Assembly (NCBI GenBank): GCA_965223855.1
Contig: CBDCXM010000008.1
Location: forward strand, 608,001 to 672,000
DNA: 64,000 nucleotides
Reading direction: 5' to 3'
Source of the DNA: Candidatus Multivoradales bacterium
GTDB taxonomy: Bacteria > Acidobacteriota > Thermoanaerobaculia > Multivoradales > JAHEKO01
Part shown: one piece after another, positions 16,392-26,925 of the stretch
Position numbering within the stretch: the stretch's first letter is position 1
Layout: every line of letters begins with the position of its first letter
Translations under genes and position numbers: made by a program
The notes under the pieces: generated by a model
Databases searched by the model: none
The model's input: only the letters and a program-made list of their open reading frames with translations
Told to the model about the DNA's origin: nothing

Positions 16392-19300
16392 TCACTCCGA
16401 AGGCGACACGGTGATCTCGTCGCCCGCCGAGAAGGCGGCAAACTCGGGCGCGTACATCGACTGCAGCGTCGCCGGGCCGACCCGGAAGGTACCGCCGAGG
16501 TTCGCCCGCAGACGGTAGCGCAGCGTGTACTCGCCCACCGGCAGCCACTCGAAGAAGAAGTCGGTGCCGCTGTCGCGGACCTGCTCGTACCAGCCGACGC
16601 CCGTGCCCCAGCGGTAGCCGGAACGCACCGCCTCCGGTTCGAGACCCGCCGCCCGCGGATCGCGCAGGTGAACGTATTCTGCCGCGTGGCTCGCACGGAT
16701 CGACAGCTCGACCTCGACCTGGTCTCCCGGCTCGAGAGTGGCCCCCGCCTCGATCGGCTCCAGGCGCCACTCGGTGCCGTCATGCGTGCGTCGCCAGTAA
16801 CGGCGCTCGACACCGAAGAAGTCGCTCGACGCTTCCTCGGGCATCGTCTCGGTCGAGTAGTGCCAGGTCGCCGAGGCGAAAAGCAGCCCGGGGGTGTCCT
16901 TCGTCACCGTCACCCGACCGTGACCGGGAGTGACCGCTTCACCCGCCACCACCCACTGCTGCTTGGCCGTGTCCGGATCGTCGGGAAGGAAATCGAAGCT
17001 CCGGCGCTCGCCGGCCAGCTCGACCGTGGCACGCTCCTCGACTCCGAGCTCCCCCTCGGCGGAGAGGTAGTGAATCAGGGAGTAGAGCACCTCCGCCGTG
17101 GCGCGGGTCGACTTCCAGTGGCTGAGCTTCTTGTTGAGCAACAGCCAGTGAACGAGGCCACGGCGCCGGGGATCGTCGCCGTCGAGTTCGCCGAGGACCC
17201 TCAGTGCGAAGGCGTGGGTCTCGATGGAGTCGTTGTACCAGAGCCAGGCGCGCTCTTCCGGGGCCCAGTAGGTGCCGAGATCCTCGGACTCCTTCGCCGA
17301 GTCCATGACGCTGTCGAACACGAGGCGCGCATCGCCCGATCGACCGGCCCGCTCGAGGGTCAGTGCGAGCTGCCCCTTGATGAGAGGCGAGTGGTTCTTC
17401 CAGTGGCGGAACGAGAGTTCGAGCATCCGCTCGCGATCGGCGGCCGTGAACACACCCCCGGTCCAGCTCTCGTCCGGGTAGCTCGACAGGACGAAGTTGA
17501 GCATCGTCATCAGCTCGTGCCCCCGCTCCTGCTCCTCCAGTTCCGCAATGAAGCGATCGAAGTAGTGCCGCCTGAGATAGCCCCAGGCGGGCTCGACCAG
17601 CTCCCGCGGCACGTCGACCCCGAACTCGAGCGCTCTCGACAGGCCGCCGAGGATGTAGAGGGTCATGTAGGGCGAGGGCGGCCCGCCCGGCCACCAGGGG
17701 AAGCCGCCGATCGCCGTCTGCGACTCGGTCAGCCGCGCCAGCGCCGCGTCCCGTTCTGCGCGGGCCACTTCGGGATCGAGAAGCCGGATGAGCCGCTCGT
17801 CGCCCGCCGCGCCTCCGGCGGCCGCGCCCAGCCACGGTGTCTCGACGAGCGCCATCGAGCGATTCGGATCGTCTCGATCCCACGGCTCGAGCCGGGTGTC
17901 GCGTTCGCTCAACCGGCGGCCGAGCTCGGCAACGAGCGGATGTGCTTCGAACACCTCGCGCACGATCCCGGTCGAAACGAAGCGGTTGAGCGTCTGCTCG
18001 GTGCACTCGTAGGGAAAATCGACCAGATACGGGAGCGCCGAGAGCACCGACTGAAAGAGCTGGCCGTCGAGGGTGACGACGAACTGTTCGTCGACTCGCG
18101 TCGCGTCACCGCCCTCCGCCAGAGCGGCGAACTCGAGCAGTCGCTCGGCGGTGCCGTCGAGCGCCGCGAAGCGCGACTCGATCAGGTGCACCCGCCCGGG
18201 CAGGAGCGGCAGCGGCCGCAGCTCGCCGTCGCTCCAGTCGCCGGCGGTGCCGACGGCGCGCACGGCCACCTCGCCGACGCCGTTGGGGGCCGCCACCGGC
18301 AGTGAGAACGTCTCGGCTTCTCCGGGGCCGAGCGCGAACGGAAGGTCGCTGCGCCGCGGCCCGTCGAGGTCGAACGCCGCCGCCACGCTCTCCTCGGTCT
18401 CGGGATCGAGAAGGTCGAAGTCCAGCCGGCCGGAGAGCGCCGACTCGCCGCTGTTCTGCACGACAACCCGCAGCTCGGCTCGATCGCCCTCCCTGAGGAA
18501 CCGTGGCAAGTACGGCCTTACCAGCAGATCCTTGGTCGTCCTCACCTGGCGCTCGAGCCGGCCGTAGTCGAGCTCCGTCGTCAGAGCGTGCACCCACACG
18601 CTCCACTCGGTCACCGAGTCGGGCACGGTGAACTCGAAGACGACCGAGCCGTCTTCGCCCGTCAGCAGGTGCGGCTCCCAGAAGGCGGTCTCCGAGAAGT
18701 CGGTGCGCAGTTCGGGTGCACCGGCATCGGTAGCTCCATCCTCCTCGATCTGCCCGCGCTCCGCCTCCCCGTCTGCCAGGTAGCCCAGCGCCTCGACGCC
18801 GTCCGACTGAGCCGCTACTTCCATCATCGCAGCGGGTGCTTCCACCGCCATCGGCGTCGGTGGTCCTCCCGCCCGGGCGAGCCGCCGGCCGGGCCCCCCG
18901 ATGCCGTAGTCATCGAACGCCTTCAAGCGATCGTCGCGGTAGTACGGCCGATCGGGAAGCGGCGACCAACCCTTCTCCCAGCGCAGCACCGGGTGCTGCG
19001 AGCCGAGCCCGCTCTGCCAGGCGTCGAGCCTCGCTCCCGTCCTGGCGAACGGAGCCGGCCGCGGCGGGGTGTGCGAGGCGAACAGATCGAGACTGCGGTC
19101 GAACATGTAGGCCAAGAGCTCCGCCGCCGCGGTGCCGAGAGACTCGCCGTCCGCGGTGGCCACCTCGATCCGCCAACGTTCTTCGTCTCCGGGCCGGAGC
19201 CGATCGCGGAAGGTCGAGAAACTCAGGCGGAGATCCTCGTCGCGCGGCGGCACCGCGACATGGGCGGTCATCGACAGCGGCTGGTAGTCGCGAACGGAGC

Positions 19301-22300
19301 GGAGCCGGAACTGCAGGCCGCCGACGTCCTCGGTCCCGACAGGCAGCTCGATCGTCTCGGGGTTCGGTCCCGCCTCGAAGTAGCGCACTTCCGGCTGCCG
19401 GCCGGGCCGGGCGATCTCGAGCGCCAGCCACTGCCCGGGGAAACCGGAGTGCACCAGGATCCTCGCCCGTTCTCCCACCGGCACCGTCCGGCGCTCGCTC
19501 TCGAGCAGCAGGGGGAGCGGCAGCGCGGCGTCGCCCGCGACGACAAACTCGACGCTGCGCTCGAAAGTCGAGCCGAAGGCGTCGTCGGTCGCGTAGTGGA
19601 GGCGGTAGGCACCGGCAACGAGGTCCGCCAGGGAGAGGACGGTAGCCCCGTCCTCGCCATGCTCGACGACGCCCGAAGAGTGCTCCGCTCCGTCGTCCCA
19701 CGAGCTGAGCATCCGCCCCGGCTGGAGTCCCGAATCCCAACGGGGTCGGAGCTCATCTCCCTCGGTCCTGTAGTCGCCCTGCCCGGCGACCGGCATGTCG
19801 GTGGGCAGACGGGTGTCGTCGGGCTGGTCCAGAGCGACGAGCCGCCAACGCGCCGACCCCGCTCGCGCCACCCCGTCGAGGTCGGAACGCAGGATCCGGT
19901 AACTCATCGAACCGCCGGCGCCCCCACTCACCGTCGCGAATGCCCGCTCGGCAGTGAGGGTCGCCTCGACCGTGGTGAAGCCGAGGGTGAACGTCCGCTC
20001 GGCGGATCGGGTCTCGCCGCCGGCATCGGTGGCGTCGACCGACAGCCGGTAGCGGAAGCGGAGCCCTTCGCCCGCCTTGCGCTCGTCCGCCTCCGGCAGG
20101 AAGGTGACGGTGAACGCGCCGTCGGCATCGAGCGCTGCGACTCCGCCGGCCACCGTCTCGCGCTGGCCGACCGGCTGCGGACGCCACCAGCCCCACCAGT
20201 CCGGGTAGCGCGGCTCGCGGGTCACCGTCCAGCGGATCTCGCCGTCCACCAGTGGAGCGCCAAAGTAGTAGCGCGCTTCGCCGGCGAAGGTCGCCGTCCG
20301 GTTGAGCCGCAGCTCGGCCTCAGGCTCCTCGACGGTCACCTCGAAGGTGGGCCGCTTGTACTCCTCCACCTTCACCGGCGCCGAACCGTTCGGGGTCGCA
20401 CGCAACTGCCAGTCGCCGAGAAGCCTCCCCTGAGGCAGTTCGAAGCTGCCGGAGGCGCTGCCGAAGGAGTTGGCCTCGACGGTCGTGCTCGCCACAACCT
20501 CCCAGTTGGCATCCACCAGCTCGACGGTGATCTGGGAGCCCGGCAGCACGGTCTGGCGCTCCTCGGCCTCGACTCGCCGATAGGCGACCGCTTTCCACAG
20601 CACCTGCTGCCCCGGTCGGTAGACGCTGCGATCGGTGAAGAGGAGCACCTGCTCGGTGTCGCGAAGCCGCGGGGAGTACTCCGCGCGCAGCGAGACCTGC
20701 TGGAAGGCCAGCTCCTCACCGTGGCGGGCCACCAGCATGGCTGCGGCCCCTCGACTGGCCTTATGGACGAAGCGGGCGGCGCCCTCGTGGTCCGTCTCGC
20801 GGGCCGTCTGACGCCGGTGCCCGCGCCGGTAGTCGAGGCCCCAAAGCTCGACCTCGGCCCCCTCGACTGGATCGCCGCTCGCGCCGTCGCGCACCTCCGC
20901 CACGGTCAGCCCGGCGCGGCTCACGGAGTCGAGGACGATCGCGCTGCGGATCCAGTGGACCGCCTCGACCCGGTTGCGCCGGCGCGAGAAGGAGCGATCG
21001 GCCGAGGCCGCCACGAGCCACAGCCCGGGACGCGAAGAGGGAGGGACGACGTAGGTCTGATGCATCTCGAGGTCGGGCGTGGCCGGCAGATCGACCTCCC
21101 ACTCGAAGTCCGGCTTCGCACCGATGAGCCGGTCCTCGACCTCACGGCGCCCCGGGAGGAGCGAACGGTCGAGCCCCTCGGTAAGCGCCTCTTCGAGGTC
21201 GACCCACCAGGCCCGGAAGAACAGGCGGTCGAGATTGCGATGACGCACCAGGATCGAGCGCCGCTCGGGACCATCGACCAACATCGACTGGAGCGAGAAC
21301 GAAGGCGCCTCGAGCGCCGCGACAAGGTGGCGGCAATAACGTCCGCCGAAGCTGTCGGGATGGACGGCGGCCCCTTCCGCAGCGAGATCGCGGGCTCGCG
21401 CAAGGGCATCGTCTGCGCCGGAGTCGCGCGTCCATTCGGCCAGCAACGCCCGGCCCGTCGACCACCATTCGACGTCGCGACCGAGCCGCCCGAGGGCTCC
21501 CTCGAGGTCCGCCCGCAGCGCCTGCCGCTCCTCGGCCGAACTGAAGTGTGCCGCGAGCGCCTGCAGACGCGCCATCCGGGCATCGAGAGCGGCTTCCCCG
21601 CGGCCGCCCTCGAGGTGCCAGCGCTCCAGGTCGCCATAGAGCGCTGCAAGTCGAGCGAGCGGATGATCGTCGGTTGCGGCTCGGCCGGCGATCAACGCCT
21701 CGAGGTCGAGCCGATGGATCTGGTTCGAGTCGCTCGCGGACCAGTGAGCAGAGTTGGCCAGGAAGCCCGCCCACAGATGGGTTACCGAATCGCGCAGCGT
21801 GCCGCGAATGCGCTTCGGGAGATCGTTGGGCTCGAGGGTCCCCGCAAGGTCGGAGGTCGGCTCCAGCCCCCACGACTCCCGGTCCACCCACAGACTGAGG
21901 AAGGCATCGTCGATTTCGGCCGCCAGCTGCGCGCTCGTCCAGCGGGTGAAGTCGAGATCCCGGCGCTCACCACTGCGCTCCCGCTGACCGATCTCCCAGC
22001 CGTAGCGGCCGAGGTAGAGAACGAGCGTCTGCGCCCGCAGGAGTGCGCGAGCCCGGCTCGCTGCACCGACCTGGCCGGCCGTGCCGGTCGGCTCTGGCCA
22101 CGCGGCCGACTCCACCAACCGCACCGCTCCCTCGAACTCGCCGAGCGACGCGGTGAGCTGAGCCTCGCGCACCAGGGCGCGCGCCCAGTCGTCCTCGAGG
22201 CCGGCGGCAGCCGCAGCCTCGCGCAGCCGGCCGAGCTCCTCGACGGCAGCCTGGTGTTTCTGCTCCTCCACCAGGCGATCGACCGTCTGCCAGCGCTCCT

Positions 22301-22439
22301 CCAGGCTCATCGATCCCGACGGCTCCGGCGCCGCCGCGTGGCCGCTGCCGCAGCCCGCCGCCAACGCGGCCATGAGGGCGACGAAGCCCGTCGCCAGGAT
22401 GAAACTCCTCTGTCGGTTCTGCCGCATCGTCGCCTCCAC
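16392..22439 (-). CDS. Alpha-2-macroglobulin family lipoprotein (MG2 domain)
   Basis: LAAGC lipobox; FTDRSVYRPGQ, VEEYKRPTFEV, RTDFSETAFW and thioester motif YECTEQ; C-terminal SMYAPEF. Confidence 0.92.
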   Translation of the reverse strand: MEATMRQNRQRSFILATGFVALMAALAAGCGSGHAAAPEPSGSMSLEERWQTVDRLVEEQKHQAAVEELGRLREAAAAAGLEDDWARALVREAQLTASLGEFEGAVRLVESAAWPEPTGTAGQVGAASRARALLRAQTLVLYLGRYGWEIGQRERSGERRDLDFTRWTSAQLAAEIDDAFLSLWVDRESWGLEPTSDLAGTLEPNDLPKRIRGTLRDSVTHLWAGFLANSAHWSASDSNQIHRLDLEALIAGRAATDDHPLARLAALYGDLERWHLEGGRGEAALDARMARLQALAAHFSSAEERQALRADLEGALGRLGRDVEWWSTGRALLAEWTRDSGADDALARARDLAAEGAAVHPDSFGGRYCRHLVAALEAPSFSLQSMLVDGPERRSILVRHRNLDRLFFRAWWVDLEEALTEGLDRSLLPGRREVEDRLIGAKPDFEWEVDLPATPDLEMHQTYVVPPSSRPGLWLVAASADRSFSRRRNRVEAVHWIRSAIVLDSVSRAGLTVAEVRDGASGDPVEGAEVELWGLDYRRGHRRQTARETDHEGAARFVHKASRGAAAMLVARHGEELAFQQVSLRAEYSPRLRDTEQVLLFTDRSVYRPGQQVLWKAVAYRRVEAEERQTVLPGSQITVELVDANWEVVASTTVEANSFGSASGSFELPQGRLLGDWQLRATPNGSAPVKVEEYKRPTFEVTVEEPEAELRLNRTATFAGEARYYFGAPLVDGEIRWTVTREPRYPDWWGWWRPQPVGQRETVAGGVAALDADGAFTVTFLPEADERKAGEGLRFRYRLSVDATDAGGETRSAERTFTLGFTTVEATLTAERAFATVSGGAGGSMSYRILRSDLDGVARAGSARWRLVALDQPDDTRLPTDMPVAGQGDYRTEGDELRPRWDSGLQPGRMLSSWDDGAEHSSGVVEHGEDGATVLSLADLVAGAYRLHYATDDAFGSTFERSVEFVVAGDAALPLPLLLESERRTVPVGERARILVHSGFPGQWLALEIARPGRQPEVRYFEAGPNPETIELPVGTEDVGGLQFRLRSVRDYQPLSMTAHVAVPPRDEDLRLSFSTFRDRLRPGDEERWRIEVATADGESLGTAAAELLAYMFDRSLDLFASHTPPRPAPFARTGARLDAWQSGLGSQHPVLRWEKGWSPLPDRPYYRDDRLKAFDDYGIGGPGRRLARAGGPPTPMAVEAPAAMMEVAAQSDGVEALGYLADGEAERGQIEEDGATDAGAPELRTDFSETAFWEPHLLTGEDGSVVFEFTVPDSVTEWSVWVHALTTELDYGRLERQVRTTKDLLVRPYLPRFLREGDRAELRVVVQNSGESALSGRLDFDLLDPETEESVAAAFDLDGPRRSDLPFALGPGEAETFSLPVAAPNGVGEVAVRAVGTAGDWSDGELRPLPLLPGRVHLIESRFAALDGTAERLLEFAALAEGGDATRVDEQFVVTLDGQLFQSVLSALPYLVDFPYECTEQTLNRFVSTGIVREVFEAHPLVAELGRRLSERDTRLEPWDRDDPNRSMALVETPWLGAAAGGAAGDERLIRLLDPEVARAERDAALARLTESQTAIGGFPWWPGGPPSPYMTLYILGGLSRALEFGVDVPRELVEPAWGYLRRHYFDRFIAELEEQERGHELMTMLNFVLSSYPDESWTGGVFTAADRERMLELSFRHWKNHSPLIKGQLALTLERAGRSGDARLVFDSVMDSAKESEDLGTYWAPEERAWLWYNDSIETHAFALRVLGELDGDDPRRRGLVHWLLLNKKLSHWKSTRATAEVLYSLIHYLSAEGELGVEERATVELAGERRSFDFLPDDPDTAKQQWVVAGEAVTPGHGRVTVTKDTPGLLFASATWHYSTETMPEEASSDFFGVERRYWRRTHDGTEWRLEPIEAGATLEPGDQVEVELSIRASHAAEYVHLRDPRAAGLEPEAVRSGYRWGTGVGWYEQVRDSGTDFFFEWLPVGEYTLRYRLRANLGGTFRVGPATLQSMYAPEFAAFSAGDEITVSPSE

Positions 22440-22491
22440 CGAGTTAGACCCACCAGAGTGACGAAACGAAACCGCCGGGCCCGAGTCGTCG

Positions 22492-23241
22492 TCACTCCTC
22501 GCGATGCACCGCGTAGGCGGTCGCCTGGTCGCGCGGTCGAACGACGATCTCGTCGATGTTGACGTGCGACGGCCGGGTCGCCGCCCAGGCGATGCAGTCC
22601 GCGATGTCGTCGGGTGTCAGGGGGGTCATGCCCTGATAGACCGCCGCCGCCCGCGCTTCGTCACCCCGAAACCGGATGCGCGAGAACTCCGTCTCGACCA
22701 TGCCGGGGCAGATCTCCGTCACCCGGATCGGCCGACCGAGGAGTTCGAGCCGCAACGTCTTCGTCAGGGCACGCAACGCATGTTTCGAAGCGGTGTATCC
22801 ACCGCCCCCGGCGTAGGCCTCGAAACCGGCGATCGACCCGACATTGACGACGTGTCCGTCGCCCGACGCCTCGATCGCCCCCACCAGCGCCCGGGTGACC
22901 CGCACCACGCCGACGACGTTGGTGTCGTACATCGCCGCCCAGTCGTCCACCGGGGTGTCGACCACCGGGTCGAGGCCGACTCCGAAGCCGGCGTTATTGA
23001 CCAGCAGATCGACCCTGTCGAGCCCGGCGGCGAAGCGTTCGACACTCGCCTCGTCCGTGACGTCGAGCCGGCGCGCCTCGGCACCGATCTCACCGGCCAG
23101 CCGCTCGAGTCGTTCGACCCGACGGGCTCCCACGACGACAGCGAACCCCTCGGCCGCAAGCCTTCGTGCGGTCGCCTCGCCGATCCCGGCGCTGGCTCCC
23201 GTCACCACGGCGGTTCGTGCGCTTCGCATCTTCCGGATCAT
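22492..23241 (-). CDS. SDR oxidoreductase (YdfG/serine 3-dehydrogenase-like)
   Basis: TGASAGIG, NNAG, YTASK, PGMVETEFS and HVNI motifs; start at 23241 or 23229. Confidence 0.88.
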   Translation of the reverse strand: MIRKMRSARTAVVTGASAGIGEATARRLAAEGFAVVVGARRVERLERLAGEIGAEARRLDVTDEASVERFAAGLDRVDLLVNNAGFGVGLDPVVDTPVDDWAAMYDTNVVGVVRVTRALVGAIEASGDGHVVNVGSIAGFEAYAGGGGYTASKHALRALTKTLRLELLGRPIRVTEICPGMVETEFSRIRFRGDEARAAAVYQGMTPLTPDDIADCIAWAATRPSHVNIDEIVVRPRDQATAYAVHREE

Positions 23242-23320
23242 AGCGCCGTCATCCGCTACGGGCTCGTCCGGGAGGGGCAGGCTAAGATGCGCGCTCCATG
23301 AACCTCTGGAGGGAACTCTC

Positions 23321-24004
23321 ATGACCCGCACCGCTCTCTACCGGACCGCGATGATCGCGATCGCTCTGGTCGCCCTTTCGTCGACCGCGGCGCTCTTCGC
23401 GCAGGATCTCCACCCGTCCCGCCGTGCCAGCCCTATGGGCATCGCCCGCACCGACGTCGGCGACGCCTACGTCAGCATCACCTACAGCCGCCCCTACGAG
23501 CGAGGCCGTGACGTCATCTTCGGCAGTGAGGAGGACGGCGCCCTCGTCCCCTACGGCAAGCACTGGCGGACCGGCGCCAACGAGGCGACCCAGTTGACCG
23601 CCACCGCGGACATCACCGTCGGCGGCGAGACCCTGCCGGCCGGCACCTACTCGGTTTACACGATCCCCGGCGCCGAGAGCTGGACGCTCTCCTTCAGCTC
23701 GACGCTCGGCGGAACCGGCACGATGCGCCGCAATGCCGAGAGCGGCGAGCTCGAAGACGCCTATTCGCCCGACAACGACGTGCTGAGCATCGAGGTGGCC
23801 CCGACGGAGCTCGCGGAGGAGGACAAGGTCGACCAGTTCACCATCGCGTTCGAGGAGGTCGACGAAGCGACCCATCTCGTCCTGAGCTGGATCACGACTC
23901 AGATCCGCGTCCCCGTCGGCAACTCCCTGACGCACGTCCTGACGCAGCTGTTCAGGTGTCCTCGGCGTCGTCCTTCGTCTCCAGGCGGAGGGCGGCGCCG
24001 TTGA
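23321..24004 (+). CDS. DUF2911 domain secreted protein
   Basis: ASP, YSRP, LVPYGKHWRTGANEAT and PAGTYS motifs. The C-terminus runs into msrB; the true stop is possibly TGA 23928-23930. Confidence 0.85.
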   Translation: MTRTALYRTAMIAIALVALSSTAALFAQDLHPSRRASPMGIARTDVGDAYVSITYSRPYERGRDVIFGSEEDGALVPYGKHWRTGANEATQLTATADITVGGETLPAGTYSVYTIPGAESWTLSFSSTLGGTGTMRRNAESGELEDAYSPDNDVLSIEVAPTELAEEDKVDQFTIAFEEVDEATHLVLSWITTQIRVPVGNSLTHVLTQLFRCPRRRPSSPGGGRRR

Positions 24005-24428
24005 TGCAGTAGCGCTGCCCGGTCGGCTGCGGCCCGTCGGGAAAGACGTGCCCGAGATGCCCGCCGCAACGGCGGCAGTGCACCTCGGTGCGTCGCATGA
24101 AGAGGCTCCGGTCCTCCTCGGTCTCGACGTTCTCCTCCGAGACCGGCTCATAGAAGCTCGGCCAGCCGGTTCCCGAGTCGAACTTCGTCTCAGAGGCGAA
24201 AAGATCCGTGCCGCAACCGGCGCACTGGTAGAGACCGGCCTCCTTGCTATCCCAGTAGCGGCCGGTGAAGGCCCGCTCGGTCCCCTTGCGGCGCAGTACC
24301 CGGAACTCCTCGTCGTCGAGCACCTGACGCCACTCCTCCTCGGAACGATCGTCGCGCTCGACCACCTTCATCTCTCCGTCCGCCACCGAGAAGACCTCGA
24401 TCGCGTCGCTCGCCTGCCGTTCGCTCAT
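23952..24428 (-). CDS. msrB: Peptide-methionine (R)-S-oxide reductase
   Basis: GTERAFTG, CxxC pairs, KFDSGTGWPSF, HLGHVFPDGP and RYCIN motifs. Confidence 0.95.
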   Translation of the reverse strand: MSERQASDAIEVFSVADGEMKVVERDDRSEEEWRQVLDDEEFRVLRRKGTERAFTGRYWDSKEAGLYQCAGCGTDLFASETKFDSGTGWPSFYEPVSEENVETEEDRSLFMRRTEVHCRRCGGHLGHVFPDGPQPTGQRYCINGAALRLETKDDAEDT

Positions 24429-24516
24429 CCGACGCCCCTCCAATAGAAAACCGCCGACGCTCGAAGCGCCGGCGGTGAGACTTCCTTCTCGTGCCCGTGG
24501 GGGCTTCTCGTGCCCG

Positions 24517-24834
24517 TTACGGGTTGACGATCTTGTTGTGCGGCTTGCGAGGCGGATCGTCCCGGGGACGGACCTCCACAGGCTCGTTGTCCGCCCACTC
24601 CGGGGCGAGTTCGGCGTTGATCGCCGCCCATTCCGGATCCTCGTCTTCGGTCTCGAAGATCGCGTCGATCGGGCAGGCAGGCTTGCACAGCGAGCAGTCG
24701 ATGCAGAGGTCAGGGTCGATGACCATGAACTCTTCACCCTTGTACTCGCCGGGGTAGATGCAGTCGACCGGACAGACCTCTACGCAGTCCGCGTACCGCT
24801 CCCCGAGGCAGGCTTCACCAATCACATATGCCAT
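24517..24834 (-). CDS. 7Fe (3Fe-4S/4Fe-4S) ferredoxin, FdxA type
   Basis: MAYVIGEAC...[10 protein letters not shown]...[21 protein letters not shown]. Confidence 0.9.
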   Translation of the reverse strand: MAYVIGEACLGERYADCVEVCPVDCIYPGEYKGEEFMVIDPDLCIDCSLCKPACPIDAIFETEDEDPEWAAINAELAPEWADNEPVEVRPRDDPPRKPHNKIVNP

Positions 24835-24968
24835 CGCATGTCTCCCTAGGTCGTAGGTGTCCGCGCCCGCCCGACCGCTGCCGGCGCCTCGACAGCGCGC
24901 AGTGTACTGAGCAGATCGAAAAGGGAGCAAACTGGTGCGGTTTCGCTGGCCGGAATCACGGCCACCAG

Positions 24969-25009
24969 GTTTCGAGCCCCCTCCCTCCAGCAGGAAGGGG
25001 GCTCGAAAC
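24969..25009. terminator. Inverted repeat / probable terminator of the 25026-26732 gene
   Basis: GTTTCGAGCCCCCT...AGGGGGCTCGAAAC, 14-bp arms. Confidence 0.6.
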
Positions 25010-25025
25010 GAGATCCACGCCGGGC

Positions 25026-26732
25026 CTACTGCTCCCGGAAGCGGAAGCGGTAGACGACGTTGGCGTTGCCTCCCGTGACGTACATCCGGCCGCGCCGATC
25101 GACCGCCACGTCGTTGAAGATCCAGCTCGGCGGGGTTCCCGGGATCCCCGGTGCCCCCACTTCGAGGTCTTCCACGAGGACGGTCGCCGTCCCGGTGTCG
25201 AGATCCACCGAGGTCAGCGTTCGTGCCGCTCCCTCCACGGCAACCAGGGTCCGCTCGTCGAGAACCGCGATGCCCTCGGGCCCTCTCAGTCCCGAAGCGA
25301 CGGCCACCGGCGGGACATAGGCACCCTCTCGCCCCAGCTCCCAGACGACGCCGCTCCCCCAGTCCGCGGTCCAAAGGCCGTCGTCCGAGGCAGCGATCCC
25401 GAGCGGCAGGAAGACCGAGGTACCGTTGGCCGCGAGCAGGACCTCTCTCGTGCCGTCCGGCCGACGGCGGACGATCCGCGGCGGAACCTGCCCCGGTACG
25501 CCAGCCTCCGCGACGATGAGATCGTCGCCGAAACGCACGGCATTCAACGGCACGGCGAAGTCCGCATGGGTCTCCAATACGGCACCGCTCTTCGGATCGA
25601 TCCGCTCGACAGTGTTCGAGAACCAGCTCGTGGTCCAGATCGACTCGCCGTCCCACGACGCGGTGAGATGCGTCGCCGGCGTGCGCACCGTGCCGGTCCG
25701 CCGGCCAGTGGAGGCCCGATAGGTGCGCAGACCGAACACGTCGGCCACGGCGAGGATCTCTCGACCGCGCTCGTCCCTCGTAACGGCGATCCCGCCCGGG
25801 GCGATCGCACCGCCCCGGATGACCCGCGCTGAACTTCCGTTCGGCCTCACCCGGCGAATCGAGCCGTTCCAGGTACTCGAGACGAACAGCCGATCGGCGG
25901 CGTCGAAGGCGAGATTGTCGACTCCGGGCGCCAGCCGAGCGACAGGCTGCTTCTCTCCGGTCTCAACATCGACGCGCCACACTCTCCCCGTCGTCTGCTC
26001 GGCCACATGCAGCGCACCGGAGGCGTCGAACTTCGCCGCCACCGGGAAATCCAGCCCTGCCACCACCTCCTCGATCGAAGAGAATCCCAGATCGACATCG
26101 AGGCGGATGACCCTTCCAAGTCGTGGCTGGGGCACGTAGAGCAGTCCGTCGGGGCCGAAGTCCATCGCGTTGAGATCGCGGCTCGGATCTCCGGCGTCGG
26201 GAATCACGGCCTCGGGATCCGCCTCCAGATCCGGGTCGAGCTCGAAGAGCCCGTTGCCGAAGATGAACTGTCCGGCGAAGAGCCGCCCCTCGTCGGAGAC
26301 GGTGACGGGATTCATCCCGGGCGCCACGAACTGTCGGCCGGCCGCCTGGCCGTCGAGGAGGGCACCGACCTCCCCTCCGAGCAGCTCGGTGAAGTAGAGC
26401 CGGCCGTCGAAGCCGAAGGCGAGATCGTCCGGACCGTTGACGCCCACCTCGGGACCCCAACGGTCGAGGAAGCGGCCGGTACCCGGATGGAGCCTCACGA
26501 TCTCGCGACCAACGACGCTCGCCGCGTAGAGGCGACCGTCCTCACCGAACTGGATGCCGTTGGCGCCATGGAGCCCAGCCCCGGTGATCAGAATCCTCCC
26601 GGCCACCAGGTCGGAAGAGGGGGCACCCGCGGCCGCCACCGGCCGAGCAGAGGGTATCGAGGCGAGCGTCACCGCTGCGCACAGAAGAAAGAGCCAGTTC
26701 CCTGCTGCGTCCTTGATTCGAGTCCGTTTCAT
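25026..26732 (-). CDS. Secreted double beta-propeller (SMP-30/gluconolactonase/NHL-like)
   Basis: Signal peptide; repeated GANGI, GPDDLAF, LDFPVAA and GPEGIA blade motifs; AAAGGAG RBS 6 nt before ATG 26732. Confidence 0.8.
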   Translation of the reverse strand: MKRTRIKDAAGNWLFLLCAAVTLASIPSARPVAAAGAPSSDLVAGRILITGAGLHGANGIQFGEDGRLYAASVVGREIVRLHPGTGRFLDRWGPEVGVNGPDDLAFGFDGRLYFTELLGGEVGALLDGQAAGRQFVAPGMNPVTVSDEGRLFAGQFIFGNGLFELDPDLEADPEAVIPDAGDPSRDLNAMDFGPDGLLYVPQPRLGRVIRLDVDLGFSSIEEVVAGLDFPVAAKFDASGALHVAEQTTGRVWRVDVETGEKQPVARLAPGVDNLAFDAADRLFVSSTWNGSIRRVRPNGSSARVIRGGAIAPGGIAVTRDERGREILAVADVFGLRTYRASTGRRTGTVRTPATHLTASWDGESIWTTSWFSNTVERIDPKSGAVLETHADFAVPLNAVRFGDDLIVAEAGVPGQVPPRIVRRRPDGTREVLLAANGTSVFLPLGIAASDDGLWTADWGSGVVWELGREGAYVPPVAVASGLRGPEGIAVLDERTLVAVEGAARTLTSVDLDTGTATVLVEDLEVGAPGIPGTPPSWIFNDVAVDRRGRMYVTGGNANVVYRFRFREQ

Positions 26733-26805
26733 CGACATCTCCTTTCGCAGAAGGCGGCGATCGACGCCGCCGGGCCACGGAAGCCAACGTAGGGACTCGG
26801 TCGGA

Positions 26806-26855
26806 CGACATTCAAGCGGTACCACGCGACATAGTGCCGATGTCGTGTCATGTCG
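26806..26855. promoter_or_regulatory. Phased CGACAT/ATGTCG boxes in a divergent promoter
   Basis: CGACAT at 26806 and 26827; ATGTCG at 26840 and 26850. Confidence 0.45.
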
Positions 26856-26925
26856 TCTCCGTTTCGGGAGCGCGCAAGGGCCAAAAGGCGGAGCTAGACT
26901 AGAGAGAGTCCGAGAGATCCGCAGA

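Noticed and set aside
18588-22562. 1324-aa plus-strand ORF and many other long antisense or alternate-frame ORFs
   Set aside because: Shadow ORFs of real genes in high-GC DNA; Arg/Pro-rich with no motifs.
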